A stretch of 64,000 nt of DNA from the human T2T-CHM13v2.0 reference genome, Homo sapiens: assembly GCF_009914755.1 (NCBI RefSeq), contig NC_060938.1. The stretch is one strand, 5' to 3'. A program made the translations under genes and the position numbers. The notes below the pieces were generated by a model. The model searched no databases. It was not told the origin of the DNA and worked only from the letters and a program-made list of their open reading frames with translations. Of this stretch, positions 29,330-41,635 are shown piece after piece (the first letter of the stretch is position 1; every line of letters begins with the position of its first letter).

Positions 29330-31950
29330 CTTTTTAAGTTGGTGGCTGAGCTTGGTGAGGTGTGTTTTTAAAAGACCATTAGTCCGTTATACCTTTCCTG
29401 GAGACTGAGGACCGTAAGGGATATAAAGGTTTCACTGAATACCAAGAGCCTGAAGAAATGCTTGGCTGATTTGACTAATAAAGGCCGGTCTGCTATTGGA
29501 CTGTTATAGAGGTGGGAAGGCCAAACGGAGGAATTATGTCTAACAAAAGGGAAGAAATGACTGCGATGACCTTCTTAGACCCTGTAGGAAAGGCCTCTAC
29601 CCATCCAGTGAAAGTGTCTACCCAGACTAAGAGGTATTTTAGTTTTCTGACTTGGGGCATGTGAGTAAAGTCAATTTCCCAGTCCTGGGCAGGGGCAAAT
29701 CCCCGAGCTTGATGTGTAGGGAAGGGAGGGGGCCTGAACAATCCCTGAGGGGTAGTAGAATAGCAAATGGAACACTGAGAAGTGGTTGCCTTGAGGATAG
29801 ATTTCCAGGATGGAAAGGAAATGAGAGGTTCTAAGAGATGGGCTAGCAGCTTGTAACCTACATGGAAGAGGTTATGAAATGACGACAGAATAGAATGGGC
29901 CTGTGAGGCTGGAAGGAGATATTTTCCTTGGTCTAAGAACCATTTGCCTTGTGTGGGAAGAGATTGATAGGTAGAAGTTTCAGCGGGGGGGCGGGGGGGT
30001 AGGTGGGAGTGACTGATGTGAAGGAGAAAAACTGGCTGTGAGGGACAGAAGTTGGAAAGCTACCTGCTTGTCTAGCCACCTTATCAGCATAAGCGTTGTC
30101 TAGAGCAATGGGATCTGACGCCTTTTGATGGCCTTTGCAGTGAATGACTCCAGCTTCCTTTGGAAGTAAAGTAGCCTTGAGCAGAGCTTTTATTAAAGAG
30201 GCATTAATGATGGAGGACCCTTGCGTAGTGAGGAAACCTCTTTCAGCCTGTATAACAGCATGGTGGTGCAGAATATGAAAGGCATATTTAGAGTCACTAT
30301 AAATATTGATACATAGTCCTTTTGCAAGAGTGAGGGCTTGAGTTAAGGCAACTAGTTTGGCTTGCTGAGAGGTAGTGGAGGGGGGCAGAGCGGTTACCTC
30401 AATGACAGATGTGGAAGATACTGTAGCATAGCCTGCCTTTGCTGCTGAGTGGCGATTAGGCCTGGCGGAACTGCCATCAATAATCTAAATGTGATAAGGG
30501 CGAGGAACAGGAAAGAAGGAAATATGGGGAAATGGAGTGAATGTCAGGTGGATCAGAGAAATACAGTCATGAGGGTCAGGTGTGGTATCCAGAATAATGT
30601 GGGAGGCCAGATTGAAGTCCATGCCAGGAACGATGGTAATTGTGGGAGACTCAACAAAGAGTGAGTATAGCTGAAGGAGTTGGGGAGCAGAAAGTATATG
30701 CGTCAGGTATGAGGAAGAAAATAGATTTTGGAAGTTATGAGAAATGTAGAGAGTGAGTTGAGCATAGTTTGTGATTTTTAGGGCCTCTAAAAGTATTAAA
30801 GCAGTGGCAGCCGCTGCATGCAGATATGAGGGCTAGGCTAAAACAGTAAGGTCAAGTTGTTTGGACAGAAAGGCTACAGGGTGCGGTCCTGGCTCTTGTG
30901 TAAGAATTCTGACCGCACTAACCATGCCTAGGAAGGAAAGAAGTTGTTGTTTTGTAAGGGATTGAGGTTTGGGAGATTAGTCAGACACTATCAGCAGGGA
31001 GAGCACGTGTGTTTTTATGAGAATTATGCCGAGATAGGTAACAGATGAGGATGAAATTTGGGCTTGACTGAAGTAATGGGGGCTGTCTGTGAAGCCTTGT
31101 GGCAGTACAGCCCAGGTAATTTGCTGAACCTAATGGGTGTCAGGGTCAGTCCAAGTGAAAGCGAAGAGAGGATGGGATGAAGGGTGCAAAGGAATAGTAA
31201 AGAAAGCATGTTTGAGATCTAGAACAGAATAATGGGTTGTGGAGGGAGGTATTGAGGTTAGGAGAGTATATGGGTTTGGCACCACAGGGTGGATAGGCAA
31301 AACAATTTGGTTGATAAGGTGCAGATCCTGAACTAACCTGTAAGCCTTGTCTGTTTTTTAGGACAGGTAAAATGGGGGAATTGTAAGGAGAGTTTATAGG
31401 CTTTAAAAGGCTATGCTGTAACAGGTGAGTGATAACAGGCTTTAATCCTTTTAAAGTATGCTGTGGGATGGGATATTGGCATTGAGCAGGGTAAGAGTGA
31501 TTAGGTTTTAATGGGATGGTAAGGGGTGCATGATCGGTCACTAAGGAGGGAGTAGAGGTGTCTTATACTTGTGGGTTAAAGTGGGGAGATACAGGGGAGG
31601 ATGTGAAGGAGGCTTTGAACTGGGGGAAAAGGCAGCAATGAGGTGTGGCTGTAGCCCAGGAATAGTCAGGGAAGCAGATAATTTAGTTAAAGGGTCTCAG
31701 CCTAATAAGGGAACTGGGCAGGTGGGGATAACTAAAAGGAGTGCTTAAAAGAGTATTGTCTAAGTTGGCACCAGAGTTGGGGAGTTTCAAGAGGTTTAGA
31801 AGCCTGGCCGTCAATACCCACAACAGTTATAGAGGCAAGGGAAACAGGCCCTTGAAAAGAAGGTAATGTGGAGTGGGTAGCCTCTGTATTGATTAAGAAG
31901 GGGACGGACTTACCTTCCACTGTGAGAGTTACCTGAAGCTCGGCGTCTGT
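29330..31950 (-). pseudogene. pol: HERV-H pro-pol remnants (protease, RT, RNase H, integrase), disrupted
   Basis: Protease FLINTEATHSTL (catalytic DTG decayed); RT TWAVLPQGFTDSPHYF with YxDD deleted; integrase QDWEIDFTHMPQVRKLKYLLVWVDTFTGWVEAFP. Confidence 0.92.
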
Positions 31951-31989
31951 GATGGTCTAGGGGGCTTCCGAAGCAATCAGGCAGTGTCA

Positions 31990-33150
31990 GTCTTCAGCTG
32001 TTAAGCTAAGAAGATCTGGGAAGGAGTCAGTCAGAGAGCCTTGGGCCAGAGTTCCAGGGGCTCCAGGAGTGGCTGCCAGGTGAGTTGAACAGTCCGATTT
32101 TCAGTGGGCTCCTGCACAGATGGGACATGGCTTAGGAGGAATCCTGGGCTGCAGGCATTCCTTGGCCTGGTGGTCAGATTTCTGGCACTTGTAGCAAGCT
32201 CCTGGGGGAGGCGGGCCTGGAGGACCACCTGGCCACTGCGGTTTAGGTGTTTGGAAGTTCTTGTGTGCTGGAGACATGGCTGGGGTTTGTGTCACAGTGG
32301 AGGCAAGGAATTGCAACTCAGAAATATGTTGCTACTTGGCTGCCTCTACTCTACTATTGTACACCTTGAAGGCAAGGTTAATTAAGTCCTGTTGTGGGGT
32401 TTGAGGGCCGGAATTTAATTATTGGAGTTTTATTTAATGTCGGGAGTGGATTGGGTAATAAAATGTATATTGAGAATAAGATGGCCTTTTGACCTTTTAG
32501 GGTCTAGGGCTGTAAAGCATGGCAGGGTTGCTGCCAAACGAGCCATGAACTGGGCTGAGTTTTTATATTTGATGAAAAAGAGCCTAAATGCTATCTGATT
32601 TGGGATAAAGAAAAAGGAGCATTAACCTTGACTATGCCTTTAGCTCCAGCCACCTTTTTAAGAGCAAATTGCTGGGCAGGTGGGGGAGGGCTAGTCACGA
32701 ATGAAACTGTAAGCCAGACCGAGTGTGAGGAGGGGAGTTGATAAAAGGATTATAGGATGGAGGAGCGGAGGCTGAGGAAGCATTGGGACCTAGCTCAGCC
32801 TGGAGAGGAGGGGAGAGGTCAGATGGGTCTGTAGAAAAGAAGGATTAGAAAGACTTAGCGACACTTGGGGTTGGGACTGAGGGGACAGGCGGGAGGGAAA
32901 AACGAAAGATTTGGGAGGAGTGGCATTGGGAACAGAGACTAGGGAGGGACCGATGTGTAAAAGAATGCCTGGACATCAGGCACCTCAGACCGTTTGCCCA
33001 TTTTATGACAAGAATTATTTAGATCTTTTAGGATGGAAAAATTGAAAGTGCTGTTTTCTGGCTATTTGGAACCACTGTCAAGTTTGTATTGGGGTCAAGC
33101 AGCATTGCAGAAGAAAATAAGGCATTTAGGTTTTAGGTCAGGTGTGAGTT
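31990..33150 (-). pseudogene. gag: HERV-H gag remnant
   Basis: NC zinc knuckle CYKCQKSDHQAKEC followed by a second, broken CPICAGAH*; stops and frameshifts; outer boundaries approximate. Confidence 0.85.
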
Positions 33151-33281
33151 GAAGAGGTTTTAGGTTTTTAACAACACAGGCTAAGGGAGAAGAAGGGAGA
33201 ATGGAGGGAGAATGGAGGGTGGAAGCTTGCCCGTAGTGAAGGAGGGAAGCCCAGAGAAAAGAGACAATAGAGACACGGAGA

Positions 33282-33506
33282 GAAGGGCTGGGGGTTCTTG
33301 CCTCCCAGAAAAGTGGAGAAGGGGTAGAGACACGGAGATAAGGGGTTGGGGGTTCTTGCCCCCAGAAAAGGGGTACTTGCCGCTAAGGGTGAAGAAGGGG
33401 TTGGGGGTTCTTGCCCCCAGAAAAGTGGAGAAGGGGTAGAGACACGGAGATAAGGGGTTGGGGGGTTCTTGCCCCCAGAAAAGTGGTACTTGCCGCTAAG
33501 GGTGAA
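33282..33506. repeat. ~112-bp tandem duplication in the HERV-H leader
   Basis: Copies 33282-33393 and 33394-33506, each with two ggggttcttgcc(c/t)cc subunits and ending tacttgccgctaagggtgaa. Confidence 0.9.
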
Positions 33507-33793
33507 AGACCAAGGCAGGCGTTCCGGCGTGGTCAGACACCTCTGAAACGTGGGTGAATAATCAGGCAGGTGTCCCCGTGTGATTAAACACCAAGGGAAG
33601 ACTGTTTTCCCAAGTCCGTGACCGGTGCCGGAGTTTTGGGTCCACGGATAAAACGTGTCTCCTTCATCTCTGCCAGAAAAGGAAAGGAACTGAAATTAAG
33701 AGAAGGGAGAGATTGAAGTGTGGCGCCAAGATTGAAAGGAGAAAGAGGTTGAGGGATAGTGAGAGAGGTTGGAGAAGAGAGTAAAAAGAGACC

Positions 33794-33802
33794 GCTTACC
33801 TG
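33794..33802 (-). promoter_or_regulatory. HERV-H major splice donor
   Basis: Minus strand CAG|GTAAGC, ~145 nt downstream of the 5' LTR. Confidence 0.8.
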
Positions 33803-33925
33803 ATTTAAAATTGGCGAGATGTTCCCTGGGCTGGTTGGTCTGAGGACCAGAGGTCGTAGGTGGATCTTTCTCACGGAACAAAGAGCAGGAGGACAGGGGA
33901 TTGATCTCCCAAGGGAGGTCCCCCG

Positions 33926-33943
33926 ATCCGAGTCATGGCACCA
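33926..33943 (-). other. Primer binding site for tRNA-His
   Basis: TGGTGCCATGACTCGGAT, one mismatch to TGGTGCCGTGACTCGGAT, 2 nt after the 5' LTR. Confidence 0.95.
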
Positions 33944-33945
33944 AA

Positions 33946-34359
33946 TTTCACTCGCGTCAATTTGAAGAGACCACCAAACAGGCTTTGTGCGAGCAACAAG
34001 GCTGTTTATTTCACCTGGGTGCAGGCGGGCTGAGTCCGAAAAGAGAGTCAGCGAAGGGAGATAGAGGTGGGGCCATTTTATAAGATTTGGGTAGGTAAAG
34101 GAAAATTACGGTCAAAGGGGGGTTGTTCTCTGGTGGGCAGGAGTGGGAGTCACAAGGTGCTCAGTAGGGGAGCTTTTGAGCCAGGATGAGCCAGGAGAAG
34201 GAATTTCACAAGATAATGTCATCAGTTAAGGCAGGAACAGGCCATTTTCACTTCTTTTGTGGTGGAATGTTATCAGTTAAGGCAGGAACCGGCCGTCTGG
34301 ATGTGTACGTGCAGGTCACAGGGGATATGATGGCTTAGCTTGGGCTCAAAGGCCTGGCA
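33946..34359 (-). promoter_or_regulatory. 5' LTR7 of HERV-H (promoter/enhancer)
   Basis: TATAAAA at 34076-34082 (minus strand); two copies of the type I repeat (cctgccttaactgat); ACAAAAGA SOX-like motif at 34253-34260. Confidence 0.95.
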
Positions 34360-35309
34360 ATAACAATGGAATATTTCCCATTAGATTTAAGGATTAGGAA
34401 TGATTGATGACTTCATCAGGTCGTTTTCAAGGAGACACAGCAAATTTTCAGCAATTTAAGAAGTGAAAAAGAGAGATACCATGTATTGAGCTCTGTTTTG
34501 ATAAGCTGAGGAATGATAAAAGAAAATGTGATAGGGCAATAGCCAAAGAGGATACAACACAGTATACAATGCATACAATAAAGTATTATTGAATATTTTA
34601 TTTTTGTTTTGTAGTACTTGTATATTCTTAGGGGAATGATCCAGTGGAAGGCAGTAAAGAAACCTCCCTGAGAAAGGAGTGTGTGATCGAAGTTATTTTT
34701 AATCAAGATGAGTTATAGGTATTAGGAAATAAAGGTGATATTAATAGGATAGTCTTTGAACCATTGAACTATGGATGGAGTACTTTGAACTATGAATAAA
34801 AGCAAGCTTTTAAATGAAGGAGTGAGATAACTTTTTTCTTCTGTAAATTCAGAAACTAGGTAATCTATTGTGATGTGGTGATGGGGAGGAGACTTAGAAG
34901 AAATATATGCATATTTGTAAGAACTACTTGTGAATGTGAAGCACTTGACCAAGTGCATGCAACAGGATGTCTGTGCCATGTTCAGGGCCCACCTCAGGTC
35001 AAATATCATAATTTTTATTAAGGGCTGAATAATTTTTCTCATAGATGAAGAAATTTCAAAAAATGGGGTAGTTTGATGCAGACACAAGGAATTTCAGTTT
35101 GAATAAAATTGCAGACTATGTGCGAAGGGTAGAGAGGTGTTACTATATAAGTTTGGAAGTAATGAATTTCCAACTTGGAAGTAATGATCTCAAATAAGGA
35201 GGTCTGCGGTAAACATAAAACAAAGGCCACAAGGAGCAGATTTGATAGCTGAGAAGTGAGTGGTAAGTTCAGGGAAAATGAGAATGTCTTTTTGGCTTAA
35301 GCTGAGACC

Positions 35310-35480
35310 TAAATTGTCTCAAACCTCAGGGTATATAAGAATCATCCAGGATATCACATTAAAAGGTCAGGTTTCAGGCTGCCCCTACAGACTTTAGGCT
35401 GACCCTGGGAGCCTACATTTTTAAACCACCTCAAGTGATGATGCAGGAGATCCTCAACCACAATTTCACACAACACTGGG
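35310..35480. mobile_element. MER5A-like hAT MITE
   Basis: tctcaaac...agaatcatccagg...caagtgatgatgcagg...caacactg. Confidence 0.55.
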
Positions 35481-35599
35481 AAAGGGTTTCCACTGAGAAC
35501 AAAGATTGGGAATGAGTCTGGAAAGGTAAATGGAAGTTGTGTTTTGATAGGACTTGAGTGTTTTGTGCTGAGGAATGCAAAATTCTTCTTTCTGATAAT

Positions 35600-36790
35600 A
35601 TATTAGGCCAAGGAATCTACAAAAACAACCTCCAAGAGCTAATAAGTAAGTTCAGCAAGGTTGCAGGGTACCAGATCAAATAAGTAAATAAGTAAATAAA
35701 TAAATATCACATTTCTATTTGCTAACAATGAACATTAAAGACCAAAATTTAAAACCAATTTTAAAAAACAAACTTAATAACAAAATTGAGAAATTTAAAA
35801 TTTGAAAACCAAAATTAAAAACACAACAACTCCAAAGAAATGACATAGGTAAGTATAAGCTTAACATTTATGAGATTTATACACTCAAAACTACAAAATA
35901 CTGATGAAAGACCTAAAAGCAGAACTATATTAGATGGATAAACATACGATATTTATGGATCAAAAAACTCAACATAATAAAGATGTTCATTTTTTTCCAA
36001 ATTGGTTTATATGGCTTTAGTGAATTTCCTAACAAAAGTCTAGCACGGTTTTTTGTAGACATTGTCAAAGTTTTTCTAAAATTTATTTGGAAAGGCACAG
36101 GCCCTAGACCACCTAAAACAATCCTGATAAGAAGAATAAAGTGGGAGGAATCACTCTGCCCAAATTTACATCCTGCTATATAACTACAGTAATCAAGACA
36201 GTGCGGCCTTAGTAGGGAGACACACTTAGACCAACAGACTGAATAAGGAACCCAGAAATGGACCCAAACATGAAAAACCAACTAATTTTTGACATAGATA
36301 CAAAACCAATTTGTATCTGTTTGCATTGCTATAAAGGAATACCAAAGGTGAGGTAATTTATAAAGAAAAGAGGTGGATTTGGCTTATGGTTCTGCAGGCC
36401 GCACAAGCATGGCACCAGCATATGTTCCTGGTGAAGCCTCAGGAAGTTTCCAATTATGGTGGAAGTTGAAAGGAGCGCAAGCGTATCACATGGTGAGAGA
36501 GGGAGCAAGAGAGAGCAAGGGAGGAGGTGCCACACTCTTCCAAACAACCAGATCTTGTGGGAGCTCATAGAGAAAGAACTCACTCATAACCACAAGGACA
36601 GCTCCAAGGTACTCTTGAGGAATCCGCCCCTATGACCCAAACACCTACCAGGCCCCAACTCCAACATTGGGAATCACATTTCAGTGTAAAACTTGGAGGG
36701 GACAAACATCCAAACTATATCACAATTCAGTGAGGGAAAGGTAGACCTTTCAGCAAATGGCAATGGGACAATTGAACATCCGTAGGCAAA
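35600..36790 (+). mobile_element. Old L1M ORF2 3' fragment split by an MST LTR
   Basis: ctaataagtaagttcagcaaggttgcaggg; ORF remnant FLKFIWKGTGPRPPKTIL. Confidence 0.8.
36312..36724 (-). mobile_element. MST (MaLR) solo LTR
   Basis: tttgcattgctataaaggaatacc...ggggacaaacatccaaactatatca. Confidence 0.85.
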
Positions 36791-36799
36791 AGAAAGAAA

Positions 36800-36848
36800 A
36801 AGGGAAGGAAAGAAGGAAGGAAGGAAGGAAAGAAGGAAGGAAGGAGGA
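36800..36848. repeat. (GGAA)n tract
   Basis: Imperfect GGAA repeats. Confidence 0.85.
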
Positions 36849-37089
36849 AATAATTTGACATCTTTTACAAATGGTATATTATGTGGAAGCTAAACCTCAC
36901 AGACGTCACAAGTGATATATTAGGTGGAAGTTTTTACAAAACAATAGGAATGGACAGTCTGTATCTGAAACAGAGCTGACAAGCTTGGAGTCTTTCACTT
37001 CCTGCTCATTTCTTCCTCAGAAACTCCATCCAGGACTCCTTTATCAGCCATTGTGACCTCTGAGGTTCTTCTATGGTTCTTCCAGGAAA

Positions 37090-37420
37090 GTAGTTTTCAA
37101 AAGTGAGCTTTCATCAGTATCACCTGGAAGATTCGTTAGAGGACAAATGGCTGGGCTTTATCCCCAGAGTTTCCAATTCTCAGCAAGTTTATGGTAGGAG
37201 ACAGAAATTTTCATTTTGGGAGCCAGACATGGTGGCCCATACTTGTAATCTCAGCTGCTCAGGAGACTGAGGCAGGAGGATTAATTGAGGCCAGGATTTC
37301 AAGACCAGACCCCATTTCTTACAATTTTTTTCCCCCCATTTCTAAGAAGTTTCAAGGGAATGTTGATGCTGCTAGTACTAATACAGGGATGAGACACTTT
37401 GAGAACAACTGTCTCAGTGT
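37090..37420. mobile_element. MER5-like MITE containing a FLAM/Alu monomer (~37221-37325)
   Basis: agtagttttcaaaagtg...cactttgagaacaactg termini; internal cttgtaatctcagc...gaggccaggatttcaagacc. Confidence 0.6.
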
Positions 37421-39439
37421 CCACAGGTGAAAACTGCTGTTCATGCAATAAAGGACGAAGATAAGTTTTAAAGCAAGTAACTAACGTAATGAAAATCATA
37501 GTACTTCAATCAGAAGACTGTTCAGAGTGGGAAGAAATCAGAAGACCAGTGCAAAGAATACTTCAGTGGCCTAGAAAAATAGATGGAAGGGGCAGATTTA
37601 AGAAGCCAGATGTCTAATTGGAAATTATTTGTGACAGTTTGGAAATTAGGAAAAGTTTGGGCCATCAGTGATGTATTAAAACATTTTAGCTTGAAGAGTT
37701 AAGTTTGTTTTTGATGGTGTAGCAGGAAAAATTTACTCGCTACCACTCAGCTATGCAAGAAACTATGGTTATTTATTCTATAATTGATCTAAGTACATAT
37801 CAATTCTATAATTGCTCTAACTTTCCTCATAAGTCTTCACTCCACTAAGTAGCAAGGGATGGCTGGGACTTTAAATTGCCAATTAATGGTAATGAGGCTA
37901 CAGGGGGGAAAAAAGAAGTCTACATCAAGAAGCTCAACCTTTTTCAGGCTAATGCTCATTATTTCATATGCTTTTCCTCTCTCTCTCTGCTTCTGAAAAG
38001 ATATCATTTTGCTATTTGAGGAGGAGTGGGGAGGGGGGGTTGTATGGTGAATTAGAGATGATTAGAGGTCTCTGAATGTCAGTGGCATTGCCAGAGAAGA
38101 TGGGCTGAATCCAGTGAGGTGTGACAGGTTCTGTCTCACCCTGCTATCTACCATTGTCCATGGTTATTAATGTTTGTATTCCTGATTGTCTCCTCTTTCT
38201 GATGCAGGCTTTTGTTAGCCCAGTTGACCTCTCAGTGTCTCTTGGTTCTATTAGCAAGGGAGGAAGCAACTCCCACTACTCTGCATCCCATCTTGACCAT
38301 GGACAACCAGCAGTGCGGTCTCAGCTCTCTATCCAGCCATCTTCTCCCAAACATGCTGTACAATTGCTCCCATGCTGCCTTGGATCTAGGGTCCAGCCAA
38401 ACGTGGAGCTCCTTTGGGAGGTTGATAACATACCCCAGGCTTTCCCCAGGAAACCAAGCTCTAACATTCTCAATGTCTTCATATTTAACTCTTTGTCTTC
38501 ATACCTCTGAGTGTCAGGGAACAGAGGCCTCCTTGGGCTCTTCTTTCACCATTTTCTCTCTTCTCACACTCTCAGGAGGCAAGGGGGTTTTCCATGTTCT
38601 ATGAAAATTGAGGAGCACATTTCCTTATATCCCCTTCATTTCTGGGGTGACATTCGTCTTGCCCCATTTTTTCCAGAGTCCACAGTCATGGATGGATACA
38701 GGTGAGAAAAGGATTTTGCAACATCATAAAATACACTGACATGCATGAAATATGCAAATTATCTCAAAATAACTCAGGGAGAGAGAGAACAGGAAAGAGG
38801 GGCAAAGTTGTTGGGGAAGGTAGTTTACTCTGCCTGAGCACCATTGACTCCAAGTCCTGCCAGGCCAGCAGTCATCTAGATGAGATAACCCAACAGAATC
38901 TGGGGATATAGATCTAAAGTTCAGAAATAAGATTGTGCTGAAAAAATAAATATAATAATTTTCAGGTTGCCTGGACATTTAATTAAAAGCAAAAACAATC
39001 AGTTAATTAAAAGCTGTCTCCTTGGCTGGAATGTACTAGGGCTAATTACAGTGGTTCTACAGTCATGTATTTTGGAGGAATGTGATTAGTTGTTAACTAC
39101 TTTGCCTATAACTCTGGAATACATTCTTTGTTTAATAGTTAATTTTGATATATGGAGTTTGGAGAATTAATTTCACATGCTTAAATTACAGAGGATGACA
39201 GAGTGTTGTGGAAGTGGTTCCACTGGTTTATTATAAAAGTGATGTGGTTTCAACTTAGTTGAGAGTTGATCTGAGGAAGGTACACATTTGTAATTATTCC
39301 TGCTCATAGTTACAGCTTACAATGTCCGTTTGCTGGGGGATTCAAGGCTGCAGCCTGATTGTGGTGAGGGCTACTCTGGAGTCTCTTCTCTGCTCCTTTT
39401 TTTCTCTTCTAGTCTATGTCTTGTTTTTCCTTCTCCCTC

Positions 39440-40500
39440 AACAGCCATTTTTCAAAGTTTTTCCCTCTTTGTTTTTTTTTTTTTCTCCAATCTCTAAATG
39501 TTGGAGATTCCTGAGCTCCATGCTGGGCCTTTCTCCCTTCTCTCTCATCCTTAGAGATCTCATCCTGTCCTCCAGATTCTGTACTGTATTAACCATCACA
39601 AAGACCATCTCTCTGCAGATGACTCATGTTTTTCTATCTCCAGCTCTGACCTCTGTGGACTACAGACCCTTCTGTCCACCTGCCACTTCTGCTCAGAGGC
39701 TAGCAGACCTGAAACTTAAAACATCCAAGACAGAATTCTTGATGAATCTCCCACCCTGAATCTTCTCCTCACAGGGTTTTTCATATATCATTAAACAAAG
39801 ACATTATTATTAACTCCAATCCACCAGTAATGGTCTTGGCTCTACCCTTAAATCTGTTCCAAACCTGATCATGTTTCACTGTCTCTTCAGCTGCCTCTTT
39901 ATTGCCTGTTGCAATAGACCCCCAGCAGGTCTCCCTGTTTCCACTCATATTTGTCTAGAATCTGTACTCCACAAACATAAATCAGATCATTTCGCTCTAA
40001 TGCTCAAAACTTTCTCACACTTTTCACGTGTCTTAGAGTGAAGCCCAATGGGCTAGCACCTACATGGTGCATGAGGCTCCAAATTCCACCCTCATCCCCA
40101 CCTCTGTTTATTGTGCTAGTACTCTTCATTCATATCAGCCTCCTTATGAGTGCTCTTGCTTCTGCCTCTCCATCTTTGCATCTTCTCTTTTGTCTGTCTG
40201 AAATGTTCTTTCTCCATCTCTGTACGTGGTCTCATGGCTTCACTCAAGGCCTGTGTGAACAGCATCTGCTGCTGTATCCCTGTCCTCATCCTCCACTTAC
40301 CCATTAACCTCTTATCACCTGGAACCACTTTAGAGAAGCTGCCGTCAGTATTCGAATTGCTAAATTCACACAGAAATGATTCAGCGTGTGTATCACTTAT
40401 GCTTGTTGCATTATTTGACACTCTTGGACACATTCTTTCTTTCTTCAACTATTTCTCTTTGCCATTTGTGATACCACTTTCTCATTTATTTAATCATTCA
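39440..40500 (+). mobile_element. L2 relic
   Basis: tctccagctctgacctct...aaacttaaaacatccaagacagaattcttgat...aaatcagatcat. Confidence 0.6.
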
Positions 40501-40544
40501 GGCTTCTTCTAGGCAATGAGTGTGCAGCAGTGAACAAAACACTT

Positions 40545-41635
40545 AATGTCAATCACTAAGGAAATGCAAATCAAAATCACAGTGAAAAACCACTTTACTC
40601 CCATAGAGATGTCAACCATAAAAAAAAAGGTGGGGGGCCAGTGTGGTGGCTCATGCCTGTAATCTCGACACATTGGGTGGCTGAGGCAGGAAGATTACTT
40701 GAGCCTAAGACTTTGAGACAAGCCTGGGCAATATAGCAAGACCCTATCTTAAAAAAAATTAGCCAGGCACAGTGGGGCACACCTGTGTCCACAGCTACAC
40801 AGGAGGCTGGAGCAGGAGGATTGCTTGAGCCCATGAGTTTGAGGCTGCTGTGAGCCATAACTGCACCACTGCACTCCAGACTGGGCAAAGAGAATGAGAC
40901 CCTGTCTGAAAAAAAGAAAAAAAAAAAGAAAATAACAAGTGTGCACAAGGATGTGGAGAAATTGGAACTCTTGTACACTCTTGGAGGACATGTAGAATGG
41001 TGACTACATTGGAAAATGATATGGCAAGTCCTCAAGAGATTGAACATGGAATTAACCTGTGATCCAGCAATTCCACTTCTGGATATTTACCCAAAAAGTT
41101 GGAAAGAGGAATTAGAGCAGATATTTATACAAGCATGCTCATTATGCAACTGCATTATTCATAATGTCTAAAAGGTGGAATCAACCCAGCAGTACATGAA
41201 TGGATGAATGGTAAACAAAATGCAATATATACATACAATGAAATATTATTCTGTCTTAAACAGGAAGGAAATTTGACACATTACAACACTGATGAATCTT
41301 AAAGAAATTATTATCAGAGAAATAAGCCATTCACAAAAGGTGGTATATTATTGGATTCCACCTATATGAGATTACTGAAGTACTCAAATTCATAGAGACA
41401 GAAAATAGAATGATAGTTACCAAAGGCTGAGGAGAATAGGGAATGACAAGATATTGTTCGATGGGTATGGAGTTTCAGTATGGAACAATAAAAAAGCTCT
41501 GCAGAGGGATGGTGGCTATGGTTATTCAACGATGTGAACACACATTGCCACTGAACTGTATATTTAAAATGGTTAGAATGGTAATTTTAGTGTTATCTAT
41601 ATCTTCCATAATTTGAAAAATTAAAAAAAGAGAAA
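40545..41635 (+). mobile_element. L1MB-type 3' end with an AluJ insertion (40636-40930)
   Basis: ggaaatgcaaatcaaaa...gatccagcaattccacttctgg...cattgccactgaactgta...A-rich tail. Confidence 0.85.

Larger units (their letters stand above)
28188..34359 (-). mobile_element. HERV-H provirus (LTR7-int-LTR7), 6172 bp, common pol/env-deleted form
   Basis: Two ~413-bp LTRs, TSD ATAAC (28183-28187 / 34360-34364), His PBS, purine tract before the 3' LTR, gag/pro/pol remnants in order. Confidence 0.98.

Noticed and set aside
29985-30000. G7-C-G7 run in HERV-H pol
   Set aside because: Probably a homopolymer slippage expansion; no further support for function
33260-33510. Repeat-spacer-like array (CRISPR-like)
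   Set aside because: Eukaryotic retroviral leader; the intervening segments are themselves duplicated, not unique spacers
33584-33881. HERV-H leader ORFs as ESRG-like peptides
   Set aside because: Generic HERV-H leader sequence with non-ATG starts; nothing identifies this as a named locus or as translated
37774-37821. Short direct repeat attctataattg(a/c)tctaa
   Set aside because: Ordinary small local duplication in AT-rich DNA
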